DNA from: Flaccisagitta enflata
Taxonomy: Eukaryota
Direction: 5' to 3'
DNA: 64,000 nucleotides
NCBI GenBank assembly: GCA_965153355.1
Contig: OZ231126.1
Span: forward strand, 6,572,001 to 6,636,000
Each line of letters begins with the position of its first letter. Positions within the stretch are counted from its first letter, which is position 1. The translations under genes and the position numbers were made by a program. Shown here one piece after another: positions 1 through 14,465 of the stretch. The notes beneath the pieces are model-generated. The model was not told the origin of the DNA and searched no databases. It saw only the letters and a program-made list of their open reading frames with translations.

Positions 1-164
1 AGACAGACAGAGCCTCTTAAAGAGGTGCTATGGCGCATCTAGGAATCATCCTAGCATATTTCCGAATCATTTCCATTCATTTTTGCTTCTTTTCGAGATT
101 TTCAACTCGAGCATGACCAACCAACAGACTGAGCGAGTTATAGAGGTGCTATGGCGTACCTAAA
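1..164 (-). mobile_element. HINE family D, 5' part (truncated by window edge)
   Basis: Reverse complement of TTTTAGGTGCGCCATAGCACCTCTATA, present twice as in the copies at 39273 and 58461. Confidence 0.7.
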
Positions 165-574
165 AACAAGGCCAACACCTTACAGTCGCGTGTGGTTGTT
201 AAGACCTTAAGACCAAATGACTTAAAGACTAAAAGACTAAAAGACTAAAAGTCTATAAGACTAAAAGACTAAAAGACTAAAAGACTAAAAGACTAAATGA
301 CTAAATGACTAAATGACTAAATGACTAAATGACTAAAAGACTAAAAGACTAAAAGACTAAAAGACTAAAAGACTAAAAGACTAAAAGACTAAAAGACTAA
401 AAGACTAAAAGACTAAAAGACCAAAAGACTAAAACACTGAATGTAAATTGCCTTGAAATAACTCAAAATGACTTTAAATGACGGAAAATGATGAAAACAA
501 GCTATGCTTACCAACGAACCGACCGACCAACAGACGGACAGAGTAGGTCATAGAGTCGCGTACACGCGACTAAA
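165..574 (-). mobile_element. HINE/DINE-1-like family A with (GACTAAAA)n array
   Basis: Near-palindromic 5' subTIR AGTCGCGTACACGCGACT, GTCY-type microsatellite, 3' subTIR and GGCCTTGTT end, all reverse-complemented. Confidence 0.8.
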
Positions 575-1318
575 AAAAGACGGACCTTTCTTTTCATTGA
601 CTTTCTAATCACCAAAGCAGGGCCAGGGAATTTCTAGCTATTCTTACATTGAGCCTCTCCCGTCCCGTCCGATGGTGAGATTTGATAATCAGTATCTTTG
701 TTTGCACTATCGCTCATCACCAAAAACTGTATCATCTTTCATGATATTCCCCCTGCTCTGTTATCTCAATCCCGTCACTTTGTCTGTCCAATTGTCCACT
801 CCGCCCTCATTTTCTTTCGTCCTGCCGCAGCCACTCTGTCCCTCCCCCCTAAGCTCCCCAGCTAAAACTCCTCCCCTCGCAACTCTCTGTCTGGTGCCCC
901 CTCCTCTCGCCCCAGCCCCAGCCCTCTCTCTACCTCTAAATGTCCCCTACATAGGCTCCGGTCCTTTCAACCCTGTCTCTGTCTGGTGCCTCCTCCTCTC
1001 GTCAAAGCCACTCTCTCTCTACCCCTAACTGACCCTCGCTTGAGCTCCTGCCCCCGCCCCTCTGACTCTGTCTTATGCCCCCTCCTCCTCCTCAACTTTA
1101 TCTACCCATTCCATTTTCTGCCCCCTCAAATCCCCCCCCCCCCTCCCCGCCTGGCTGGTCGGTGGCCATTCTATCTGCCCCCTCCCCTTTCCGCCCCTCA
1201 TCCTTCCCCTAACACCCAGGCCGCAACCCCCCCCCCCGGCCACTCTGTCTCTGTCTGATGCCAGTTGTTGACGTCAGCGTTTTTTTCCGGTTTCGGCGAT
1301 TCGATACTGATTGATGGT

Positions 1319-1408
<90 letters not shown>

Positions 1409-1475
1409 GAGAGAGAACTCGTGTGTGTGTCTCTCTGCCGCACCATTTTGCTCGATTGATTAGAGTTTTTCTTGA

Positions 1476-1750
1476 CCACGTACAGATGTCGCACACGTGA
1501 GCATGTAGTCACGTGAGCACGCACAGATGTCGCACGCGTTAGTACGTAACCACGTGAAAATGTACAGATGTTACACGCGTGAGCACATACCAATGTTGCA
1601 CGCGTGAGCACAAAGTCACGTAACCACGTACAGATGTTGTAGGCGTGAGAACGTAGTCACGTGAGCACATACAGATGTTGCACGCATGAGCATGTACAGA
1701 TGTTGCACGCGTGAGCATGTACAGATGTTGCACGCGTGAGCGTGTACAGA
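1476..1750. repeat. Roughly 24-bp minisatellite rich in CACGTG/CACGCGTG palindromes
   Basis: GTACAGATGTTGCACGCGTGAGCA variants. Confidence 0.85.
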
Positions 1751-2299
1751 GACCGCAATTGTAAGCATGTACTCATGTATTTTTGAGGTCGATATTAGAA
1801 AGATGTCGCATATTCCCGTTGCCCTCATTTTCATTTGCAGTTACATGGTGACATGGTACTGTATTTGAGGTTACATAGCTTAATCTATAAGTGTTAATTC
1901 ATAAGAATGTACTCATCTTCCCACTGATCGCCATCTCACGCTAGCGTTGCTAACGTACACTTCTGTGTTAATAAAAGTCGAATATAAGAATGTTCATGGG
2001 ATTTAAGAAATTGGGTGATATATTTACCTGTTCATGTGACAATTTGAATATGAGTAATATGAGCAAAGTGGTTACTCAGTCACGTCTTCTACTGGCAATG
2101 GTCACATGGTCTAACGGGCGCGTTCTACGGCAGCGGCCGCCCAGTCAGCTCCTGCGGCCGCACATTCGGCGGCAGCGGCCGCCCAACTCAGCTCCTACGG
2201 CCGGTTAGCCGGCTGCCTTTGCTTCAGATGAGCGATTTCAGGTGGTTGCCATCACCAAACCATTTTGCGCACATTTGACTCCGATTCGGCCCTCATTTA

Positions 2300-2630
2300 T
2301 CACAGACAACATCAACATATCATGACCATGATTTAACCAACATGTTGTGGGCAACAAACCATGACAACATTACCACAGACAAAATCAATGTATCATGACC
2401 ATGATTCAACCAACATGTTGTGGGCAACAAACCATGACAACATCAATGTATCATGACCATAACATAACCAACATGTTGTGGGCAACAAACCATGACAACA
2501 TTACCACAGACAACATCAATGTATTATGACCATGATTTAACCAACATGTTGTGGGCAACAAACCATGACAACATCACCACAGACAAAATCAACATATCTT
2601 GACCATGATTTAACCAACATGTTGTGGCCG
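2300..2630. repeat. Roughly 60-70-bp minisatellite
   Basis: CATGACCATGATTTAACCAACATGTTGTGGGCAACAAACC repeated 5 times. Confidence 0.85.
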
Positions 2631-2789
2631 AAACAACAGGGCAGGGGGGGGGGAAGGGGAGAAACAAAACAGCCTCTCCTAACGATGCGAGAACACTTTG
2701 ACAGGATCTCACGTACAACTAATAGAAGCGATGGCAAGTGGCTGTTGCACTTGAACTTGAAGCGCATGGTAAACAGTCAAAATACTCAA

Positions 2790-3250
<461 letters not shown>

Positions 3251-3389
3251 CTTGAGTAATGACTGATTAGGATCACGCGCGTACGCGTGCGTGCAATTGG
3301 GCTCTTCGCACTCGCGCAACCCGCTCAAATGTGCTCAGGCCACTCAAGCTTGCTCACGTTTACGTTTACGTCCAGGAAAAAAGGAGGTG

Positions 3390-3955
3390 CAGCCGGCTGC
3401 TGTCTAACAGCCGGCTGTTGTCTATCAGCCTTCTATTGTCTATGACTCGATTGGCTAGCTGTTGTTTATCAGCCAGCAGTTGTCTATCAGCCAGCTGCTG
3501 TCTATGACTCCATTGGCTAGCTGTTGTCTAACAGCCGGCTGTTGCCTATCAGCAGGCTGTTGTCTTTGACTCCATGGGCAGGCTATTGTCTAACAGCCGG
3601 CTGTTGTCTATTAGCCAGCCATTGTCTAAGACTCCATTGACTGGCTCTTGTCTATCAGCCATCTGTTGTCTATGAATCCATTGGCTAGCTGTTTTCTAAC
3701 AGCCGGCTTTTGTCTATCAGCTGGCAGTTGTCCATCAGCCAGCTATAGTCTATGACTCCAAGGGCAGGCTATTGTCTAACAGCCAGCTTTTGTCTATTAA
3801 CCAGCTATTGTCTAAGACTCCATTGACTGGCTGTTGTCTATCAGCCTGCTGCTGTCCATGACTCTATTAACCAGGTGCTGTCTATTGGTCGGCCTGCTGC
3901 CCTGCTGTCTGTCGACCGGCTGTTGTCTGTTGGCGGGCTGTTGTCTAACGGCCGG
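3390..3955. repeat. 18/21-bp degenerate minisatellite
   Basis: CAGCCGGCTGTTGTCTAT and GACTCCATTGGCT units. Confidence 0.85.
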
Positions 3956-4048
3956 TTGGATTGGAAAAAATCTGGCTGGCCATTGAAAGCAGTCGTTAAG
4001 AAAGTTTTACAAGCTACAAAGACTCATTTCCAAGAGAGAGTGATTAAG

Positions 4049-4112
<64 letters not shown>

Positions 4113-4182
4113 AGAGAGAGAGTAGATGGAGGAGTGCCATTTCCGCAGGTATCGTCAAGAAATGGCGAGTTAACGGAGTTGG

Positions 4183-4435
4183 AGACTGTGAGACCGAGGC
4201 TGAGACTGTGACACTGAGACTGTGAGAGTATGAGATTGTGAGTCTGTGAGAATGTGAGAGTATGAGACTGTGAGACAGTGAGAGTGTGAGAGTGTGACAC
4301 TGAGACTGTGAGAGTATGAGACTGTGAGTCTGTAAGACTGTGAGACTGTGAGAGTATGAGACTGTGAGACTGTGAGACTGTGAGACTGAGTGACTGAGAC
4401 TGTGAGAATGAGAGTGTGAGACTGTGAGACTGTAT
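4183..4435. repeat. (GAGACTGT)n 8-bp repeat
   Basis: Direct reading. Confidence 0.88.
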
Positions 4436-4520
4436 GAGTTGGACAACATTTCTTGACGACAAAAGTTCTAAAACAAGGACAAAAGCCTTGGTAGTCTTAA
4501 CTGGTGTTTTTGTTGCCGGT

Positions 4521-4861
4521 TTTTAGTCGTGTGCACGTGACTCTACACCCCACTTTGTCGGTCCGTCTGTCGGTCCGTCCGTCGGTCCGTTGGTCGGTCC
4601 GTCCGTCACACTTTACTTTTTTGTATTATAACATCAACTCTTAGGTCATTTTAAGTCATTAATAGCTATTCTAAGTCATTTTTAGTCATTCTAAGTCATT
4701 TTAAGTCATTTTAAGTTATTTTAGGTCATTTTTGGTCATTAGGTTTTTAGTCATTTTAAGTCGTTTTTGGCCATTTCAAGTCATTCTAAGTCATTCTAAG
4801 TCATTCTAAGTCATTCTTAGTTTGTAAGTCTCGCACGCGACTTATAGGTGTTTGCCTTGTT
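4521..4861 (+). mobile_element. HINE family A with (TAAGTCATTY)n array
   Basis: TTTTAGTCGTGTGCACGTGACTCTAC ... GTCG/GTCC microsatellite ... CGCACGCGACTTATAGGTGTTTGCCTTGTT. Confidence 0.8.
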
Positions 4862-5389
4862 GTCGGTCGTGCCGGTTTGATTATAAAGAAAATGACATCC
4901 CATGAAAGAATCTTTGACAAAGGTAACAACAAACGCTTTTATGTACACTAGAGTACGATTACTAATCTAATGGAACGTTCTTTGGTCGGTCATTTTGTCC
5001 GCCCATTTGCCTGACTTTACAGTAGTATTGGACGTCAGCATGTGGTTAATTCAGATATAGGAAATAGTTTGTGTACGTCATCTGTGATTGCATACGGTAA
5101 CACCCTGCTATAACGGACGCTATAACGGAAATCCGCCCAATATGGATATTATTTCATGTGATTTCATTTCTTTTTATATGTTGATAATAATGGAAATCCG
5201 CCTATAACAGATCAAATTTGTTGGAGTGACCGTTGGAGCCTGAACATTCGTTTTTGGGGGGCTTAGCTGAACAATTTGTTTGTTTCATTTGGTACTAAAA
5301 CAGCAAACAAAATGTAAACATTCTTTTGAATCCTGCCAGATGGCGCACGCATGAAGCGTAAAGTACGCGTCAGAACAAATTTCGTCACT

Positions 5390-5423
<34 letters not shown>

Positions 5424-5589
5424 GGTTTTTCTTTTTTTCTTCTTTCTATTGGATATTTATTCATTCTTTCAACGAAATTGACTTAATCAAATTTCGTCCC
5501 TGGAGTCGGTGCTTGTAAAAGGAAAAAGAGAGCGCCATAAGCAAAATAATGCAGATTTTATACCCTGCTCCCGATCTCTGTGTCTATCA

Positions 5590-5740
<151 letters not shown>

Positions 5741-5929
5741 CTAGTAATTCATCCATTGCTCTTTTATCGAGCAATTTCTTTCCTAGATTAGATAATGAAA
5801 TTCCCGCGAGAGAGCGCAAGTGATGCTACAACGGCGACGACGGTAGCGGCTCGGCGGCGGCGGTGCTGCTTGTTATACGAGGCGATCGCGTGAGTCGAGT
5901 CCGTCACTTCGCGTTTCTTGGCCTCTTTT

Positions 5930-6352
5930 TTTTAGTCGCGTGCACGCGACTCTACAACCCGCTTTGTCGGTCCGTCGGTCCGTCGGTCCGTCGGTCCGTC
6001 GGTTCGTCGGTCCGTCGGTCCGTTGGTCCGTTCATCCGTCGGTCCGTCGGTCCGTTGGTCCATTGGTCCATTGGTCCGTCGGTCTATCGGTCTGTCACAC
6101 TTTACTTTTTTATTATACTTTATGTTACTTCTAGTCATTCTAAGTCATTCTAAGTCATTCTAAGTCATTCTAAGTCATTCTAAGTTATTTAAAGTCACGT
6201 AAGTCAAATAGGTCAAAGTAGTCATTTCAGTGATTTTAGGTCTTTTTAAGTCATTTAATGTTGTCTTGAGTCTTTTTAAGTTATCTTGAGTCAGTAAAAG
6301 TCATCTTAAGTTGTGTATGTCTCGCACGCGACTTATAGGTGTTGGCCCTGTT
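5930..6352 (+). mobile_element. HINE family A
   Basis: Perfect palindrome AGTCGCGTGCACGCGACT after a T run, GTCG microsatellite, TAAGTCATTC array and 3' GCACGCGACT...GGCCCTGTT. Confidence 0.82.
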
Positions 6353-6629
6353 CTATTTCGGGGTGAAATAACTATTGGGTTTGAGGATAGCTCGATAGAG
6401 AGGGAAGAAGGAGGAAGACGGGTTGCATTTCTAAAATGCCGTGTTTCATGAGCCCTTTCATACCATTCAAATATTGAGCGGATTAATCTGTTTTCAAAAA
6501 GTCAAGTATTGAATGCAATATTTTGGATTCATAAAGTAATCATTACCAATCATGACAGTGCTTGTCGGCTTGCGTGTGTGCGTATTTACCTAAACGAAAT
6601 CTTTCTATCACTTTTGTGACACATGTGTC

Positions 6630-6720
<91 letters not shown>

Positions 6721-6918
6721 AACAACACAAGAAAATCCCTTCAAATTGGGCCGTGCCTTCATTTGCCCTTTCTTACCCTTTCTCTATTTTCTTTAATTAA
6801 TTCTTCTTTCATCTCTTTTAATTTCTTTCCTTCTTTTCCTCTTTTTGATATTTTTTTTTCTCCATTTTTTTCTTTCCATTTTCGAGTTCAGTTTCTTCTC
6901 TTGCCGATTTTGATATCT

Positions 6919-7080
6919 TTTTAGATGCGTCCACGCATCTATATAAGAGGCTTTGTCCGTCCATCCGTCCGTCCGTTGGTTGGTCGGTCTGTCGGTCCGT
7001 CATGCTCGAGTTAAAAACGATTGTAAACGTTCGCAAAGTCGATTTCATCATTTAAGGTTCTGACATTGTGCTGATGCAAT

Positions 7081-7155
<75 letters not shown>

Positions 7156-7188
7156 TGGACGCATCGTTGTACCCCCGGGGTACTTGTT
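6919..7188 (+). mobile_element. HINE family B
   Basis: TTTTAGATGCGTCCACGCATCT hairpin, GTCC microsatellite, 3' subTIR GGACGCATC and terminal hairpin GTACCCCCGGGGTAC followed by TTGTT. Confidence 0.78.
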
Positions 7189-7487
7189 TTCCCTCCTTTC
7201 TCTCCTTCTTTCTTTGTATGATATCTTCTTTTTTCTCTTTCTCCGGCCCTCTCCCTTGGTTAGCTCTGGTTCTTGTTTTCCCCGTTGGAGGTCTCTAGTG
7301 GCGCTTCTCGTTTTCATTCTTTCTTTTTTTTTTCTTTCTTTTTTGCGGCTTTTTCCTTTTTATTCCTATTTGGCGGTAGTCAGAAGGAAGTTGTTGATCT
7401 TTGTTTCAATTAAAGCTGTTGTGAATTGAAAATGAAAGTGTTTTAGTCTTCAAGTATTTGGAATATTGAGTTTTCTTCTACTGCTTT

Positions 7488-7764
7488 AACAAGCCCGACC
7501 GGGCAACGATGCGTCCGGGCTGTGTCTCTGCGTGTATTGATCATGTGACATATATGGAGAGATAGATGGACGAACAGACGGGTGAAACGACTAAGTTGCA
7601 AAGGAGGCTCTCAAAACATGTTGGTTGATCATTTGTTTCAGTACAGGACCTCACCGTGGCCTAAAACAGCCAAGAAACGCGGTTTTTGCACTTACGCAAC
7701 AGACGGACCAACAGACGGACGGACGGACAGACCCTCTTATAGAGATGCGAGGACGCATCTAAAA
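7488..7764 (-). mobile_element. HINE family B
   Basis: AACAAGCCCGACCGGGCAACGATGCGTCC ... GACG microsatellite ... AGATGCGAGGACGCATCTAAAA. Confidence 0.78.
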
Positions 7765-7869
7765 ACCAACGCAAATTGTGAAAAAGAAACTATTCTCTAT
7801 CAAAGTCCATAATCATTAATCCTTATTCAATCGTTTCTTCTCAACCTCATAATTCTTCTCAGTAAGAGG

Positions 7870-8525
7870 GCATCGTTATTTGCTTCTCAAGCCAGAAGGC
7901 ACCCACAAAAAGCTGGTCATTTTTTCAATTCTTTTTGCTCAGCCCGTTATCTGCTTTTTAAGGCAAAAGGCACCCACGATCGGCCAGTCATTTTTCAATT
8001 GTTTTTTTTTCTACCCCTTATCTGCTTCTCAAGGCAAAAGGCACCTATGACCATACTGTCCTTATCCAACCATTTTTAGGTGCGCCATTAACCTCTCCAT
8101 CTGATTGTGTCTGCCGGTTGGTTGGTCTGTTACGCTAACCTTGACACCTATTGGCCAACTTGGCCTTGTTCCTCAGCCAGTTATTGCTTCTAAAGGCAAA
8201 GGGCACCCACGATCGGCCAGTCATTATTCAACCATTTTTTCTCAGCTCGTTATTTGCTTTTTTAGGCAATAGGCATCTATGATCAGCCTGTCATTATTCA
8301 ACCATTTTTTCTCAGCCCATTATTTGCTTCTTAAGGCAAGAGGCACCTAGGATCAGCCTATCATTGTTCAACATTTATTTCTCAGCTTGTCATTTGTTTT
8401 TTAATGCAAAGGGCACCCAAGATCAACCTGTCAATATTCAACCTTTTTTCCTCAGCCCATTATTTGCTTCTTAAGGCAAGAGGCACCTACGATCAGCCAT
8501 TTTTCCTCAGCTAGCTATTTGCTTT
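7870..8525. repeat. Roughly 62-bp degenerate minisatellite
   Basis: CTCAGCCCATTATTTGCTTCTTAAGGCAAGAGGCACC... repeated about 9 times. Confidence 0.85.
8073..8170 (+). mobile_element. Short HINE (B/D-like) inserted in a T run of a roughly 62-bp minisatellite
   Basis: TTTTTAGGTGCGCC...GGCCAACTTGGCCTTGTT; the flanks rejoin as CAACCATTTTT/CCTCAGCC of the host unit. Confidence 0.6.
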
Positions 8526-9282
8526 GCTCGAGGATTTTTTTTAAATTTTGGCGGTTGAGTCACGTGAAGGAGGAATTTCATACTTGCACAATTCAGAGAT
8601 GTATTTGCTTAGGCCTAGTCATTCCAGTGTACAAAACTGTGCAATTATAACCTTTTCCCATTTTACGCACATATGTGTATACTATATATGTGTATACTAT
8701 AAACACTGTATAGAAAATTTGATTCTTGCACAAATGTTTTTGCTTGGGCCCAGATTTACCAGTATACATATGACCCCCCCCCCAATTGTCACCTTAAGTT
8801 CAGAAAAAATCCATACTGATATCCATACTTTTTACGCAGGAACAAACGTTGTAACTTGTGAGAACTCATTTACCGAAGGAACCGCCCTTTTTCATGAATT
8901 ACAGTTCGTTTATTACCAATTTCTTTTTAACAAATAGGGGGAAAACTAAAGGGGCCCTCTCCTTTACCAGTATCTTTTATTCTTATAGCAATTATGAGCC
9001 GCCAGTGTTACATGCAGGTTCGTTAGATTGTTATCTAGACGCGTGTATGAAACTCAGCACCCCCCTCCTTTTACAAAAAGAAATAAGTTATGAGAAAAGT
9101 AGGAAGTTTGAACTTTGAACGGATGCCGTGGTCACTTGTTTTAAAAAAAGTAATGATCATGGTTACAACTCTACTCCATCGCGTTCAATAAAACCTTCAA
9201 AGAGGAGACTGAAACTTCATTGTTGAGCAAATCGTTTTAACTGTCTTCAAACGCTTCCATCTCAAGTCGAGCTGCCAACTTA

Positions 9283-9524
9283 GGGTGTGTTTCTAGTGAG
9301 AATGAAAATCGCGTTTGTTTCCATTGAGTGCATTTACAGCGTGAAAACATATTTAAGATTTCTAACTGTCCCACAAAGAAGTAAGCGAACCCGTGAACAA
9401 AGCGAGCGAGCAAAGCAAAGCGCTGTAGAGCGAGTGAGCGGAGTGAGTGGTGCGAGCGAACGAACATAGCGAGCGACCAATTGGCCCATTACCAACGTAA
9501 TTGTCTGTGACTTTAAAGCCGCCC
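9283..9524. mobile_element. MITE, PIF/Harbinger (Tourist)-like
   Basis: GGG...CCC termini flanked by TTA on both sides; homologous (inverted) to 38015-38759 and 50779-51017. Confidence 0.65.
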
Positions 9525-10158
9525 TTAAACTACCAGCTCTAACTTTCAATTGAAACTGCCCATTTCTACAACTATCAACAAACAGATCCGAGAAATACCG
9601 AGTTGTCTGTAAGTGCCACGCTTATCACTGTCTGTTGCGGTAGAATGAGAGAGAGAGAGAGAGAGAAAAAGAAGAGAGAGAGAGAGAGACAGCTGATAAG
9701 ACAGAGAAAAAATGAATGAAAGACAGAATGAAAGAAAGAAAGAAAGAAATATAAAAAAAGAAAGCGACAAAAGGACTGACAGACAGACAGAGTAAGAAAG
9801 AAAAAAAAGAAAGCGACAAAAAGACAGACAGACAGACAGGTCGCTTGAATTTACAATGAATAATTCCTTTATTTCCATAATTTCTTTTGCTTTCCTCCCT
9901 TCATCCAATAAACATTAAAAACATGGATCGGCGCGGCGACTTACAGGTAAGTCTGTGTGTTTCAATTTTCCCATATCAAACATGTTAAAAGAATCCGAAT
10001 CATTGTTGAAAAGTCAACTAAGTTAAGTTGACTTAAGCTAACTTTACTTCATCAGACATGTTGAATCATCTTAAAAACATTTGCACTGTAAGAGACCCAC
10101 TGTGTACTGACCTTACTACTCCCAACATGCCGTAACAGTGTAACTGTTCCTAAAATTT

Positions 10159-10282
10159 AGGGATGTGGAAGCGATTGACCGCTTCCAATTTAGAGGATGG
10201 GATAGCTACTAGTATCTGAACTGTAAAATGGAAGCGGAAGCGGTGGAATCGGCATTAAAATCGACCACTTCCAAGTCCCTAC
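10159..10282. mobile_element. Short MITE-like element (related copy at about 35904-36040)
   Basis: AGGGATGTGGAAGCG ... CACTTCCAAGTCCC imperfect inverted ends; GGAAGCG repeats. Confidence 0.4.
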
Positions 10283-10657
10283 TAAAAACATGTTGATTGA
10301 AGTTAAAAAGAAATTACTCACTCACTCTTTTACCCGCTCACTCACTCGCTCACTCACTTGCATACTCACTCGCTCACTCACTCGCTCGCTCACTCACTCA
10401 CTCAATCCCTCACTCACTCACTCACTCACTCACTAACTTGCTCACTCACTCACTCATTACATTTGGTTCATGAGTATTTAAGTAACAGAAGTCGTCTTTT
10501 TGAGTGATTTTTGTGGTGACAAATCCGCACGCTCGATCTTAGTCATTCCTCACAGCGTGACGAGCTTTGTCTAACCATGACTTCTTTGCTGTGGTTGTCG
10601 TTGTTGTTTGGGCTGTAGTTGTTGTTGTTAGGGTTGTGCTTGTTGTTGTTGTTGTAG

Positions 10658-10718
<61 letters not shown>

Positions 10719-10723
10719 GCTTG

Positions 10724-10865
<142 letters not shown>

Positions 10866-11150
10866 GAAACGATAAAGAAAGCGAACGCGATTTGTAGGTT
10901 TTGCCTAGTTATGGTTCCACCGCACTTGTACATCTTTGAAATTCCGTTTTGACTCTTTTTTTAAATGTTAAAATTTTGCTCATCTTTATTTTCCTAGCAA
11001 TGTTTTTTTTATAAATTCCCTGCAGTGAATTTTAAAACGTAGACGCAGAAGAATTATGAAGAATGAGAATCTTGATTTGTATTCACGAGACAATTCTGTC
11101 TCAAAGGACAAACTCTTTCTCACTCGGAATATGCGAGTTGTGGCATTTAA

Positions 11151-11755
11151 CCTTGGGGACAAAAAAAATGGCGGATTTTTGATACCTTTCTTTTGAACCA
11201 TAACGCAATATAATGTAAGAAAAATGGATTAAAATTGGTGATGCCTGTAAAGCCCTTCGAAAGATCTTTCATTTGAGTCGTGTCTGGTATCTGTAGCTTT
11301 ATTCGTTTAGAAATGGCATAGGTTTGAAGACAAATATCACCGATTGGAAAAAGGGCAAATATTGTCTTTTTTTTCGATTAGCAATTTTTGTCTGAACGTT
11401 TTTCTTAATAATGCAATTCAGAATTGTCACAGCTACTTGATATCCATGAGCAAATCAAAGAGCTTCGAATTTTCTTTAAAATGGCGCCAAGAACGAATTT
11501 CTTACTCAATGCGTTTAGTTTCTATGTTTCAACAAACAAAAACATGCAAATCCTATAGTGAATTCTCAAATTCCAGACAACCTGTTTTCACCCCAATGCC
11601 ATTTCTAAACGAAAAAAGCTAGGACAACCAGCAACGTTTCATTTCAAAGATCTTTCGCAGAGCTTCAAAATGGTCACCGATTTTTTATAGTTTTTCTCAA
11701 TTTAAGGTAGATAGAATTAGTTTTCCAAAATCCGCCATTTTTTATGTCCCTAAGG
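11151..11755. mobile_element. MITE with long imperfect TIRs, possibly piggyBac-like
   Basis: TTAA-CCTTGGGGACAAAAAAAATGGCGGATTTT / AAAATCCGCCATTTTTTATGTCCCTAAGG-TTAC; further inverted blocks at about 11295-11320 versus 11597-11622. Confidence 0.7.
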
Positions 11756-11969
11756 TTACCGTAAAAGTTTTGTGAAAGTTAGCTCAGTGGCGCCCTGCGT
11801 TTGTTACATCAGCGCTATTAGTTAAGCTCCGACACATCTTTCCTCCCTTTCTTTGCTAAGCAATGACCCTTCTGTTAACCCTGCTCCCTTATCTCCTCCT
11901 GCCCCTTCACTTTCTTTGCTAAGCAACGGCGCCTCTGCTACCCCTGCCCCCCTTACACCTCATCCCCCC

Positions 11970-12541
11970 TTTTGGGCAGCGGCCCCAAAGGGATCGATGA
12001 CCTATGCTTTCACACATATGGGATATTTTCTCCTCCTTCTATGTCCGTCCGTCCGTCCCCCAGTCTCGTGGACCAAATCCCAGTGCCAAGACCCAAATCC
12101 CAGTCTCGTGGCCCAAATCCTATCCAAAAGGCCCAAATCCTAGCCTCAAGGCCCAAATTCTAGCCTGGAGACCCAAAACTCAGCCTTGGGGCCCAGATCT
12201 CATCCTTTAGGCTCAAATCCCAGCCGTGAGGCTCAAATCTAAGCCTCGAGGCTCATATCCCAGCCTCAAGGATGAGATTTGGGTCTCAAGGCTGGGATTT
12301 GGGGAACTAGGATTTGGGCATAAGGCTAGGATTTGGTCCAGTGCTGATTTGGGCGCTGAGATCTGGGCACTCGGGCTGAGCTTAGCTTGAGGGGGCGGCG
12401 GGTGGAGGGAGGGGAAAATCCCCGTGTGAAAGCATGGTCATCAACCCTGGGGCCGCTGCCCAGCTTCCCCTTCAACTTCAAGCACAACCTACTAGGGCAG
12501 GGCACGGGTACCGCTTATCATCTAGCGCTTTTGCGACTGCT
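11970..12541 (+). mobile_element. HINE-like family C
   Basis: TTTGGGCAGCGGCCCC ... GTCC microsatellite ... 21-bp array ... GGGGCCGCTGCCC ... GGGTACCGCT. Confidence 0.72.
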
Positions 12542-12865
12542 CCTTTTGCCAAGCATCGGCGTTTTTGCTGCCCCTGCCCCCTCTTCACCTCCTGCCCTCC
12601 TTTCTTTGCTAAGCAACGGCGCTTCTCCTGCCCCTGCCCCCTCTCCACCTCCTACCCGCCCTTCCCTTTCTTTGCAAAGCGAGGGCGCTTCTGCTGCCCC
12701 TGCCCCCTCATCACCTCCTGCCCCCTTGCTCCTTCCCCTTCCCCCTCTCCTCCTGCCCTTCCCCCTCACTTCCCTTCGCTAAGCGACGGCGCTTCTCTCG
12801 ACTGTCGGAAGGAAAATTCTTCTGAATCCTGGTTGGATAAAAAACCAGATGGAGAACACACAACT

Positions 12866-14465
<1,600 letters not shown>

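Noticed and set aside
11778..11830. tRNA-like A box TAGCTCAGTGG
   Set aside because: No B box or cloverleaf follows.
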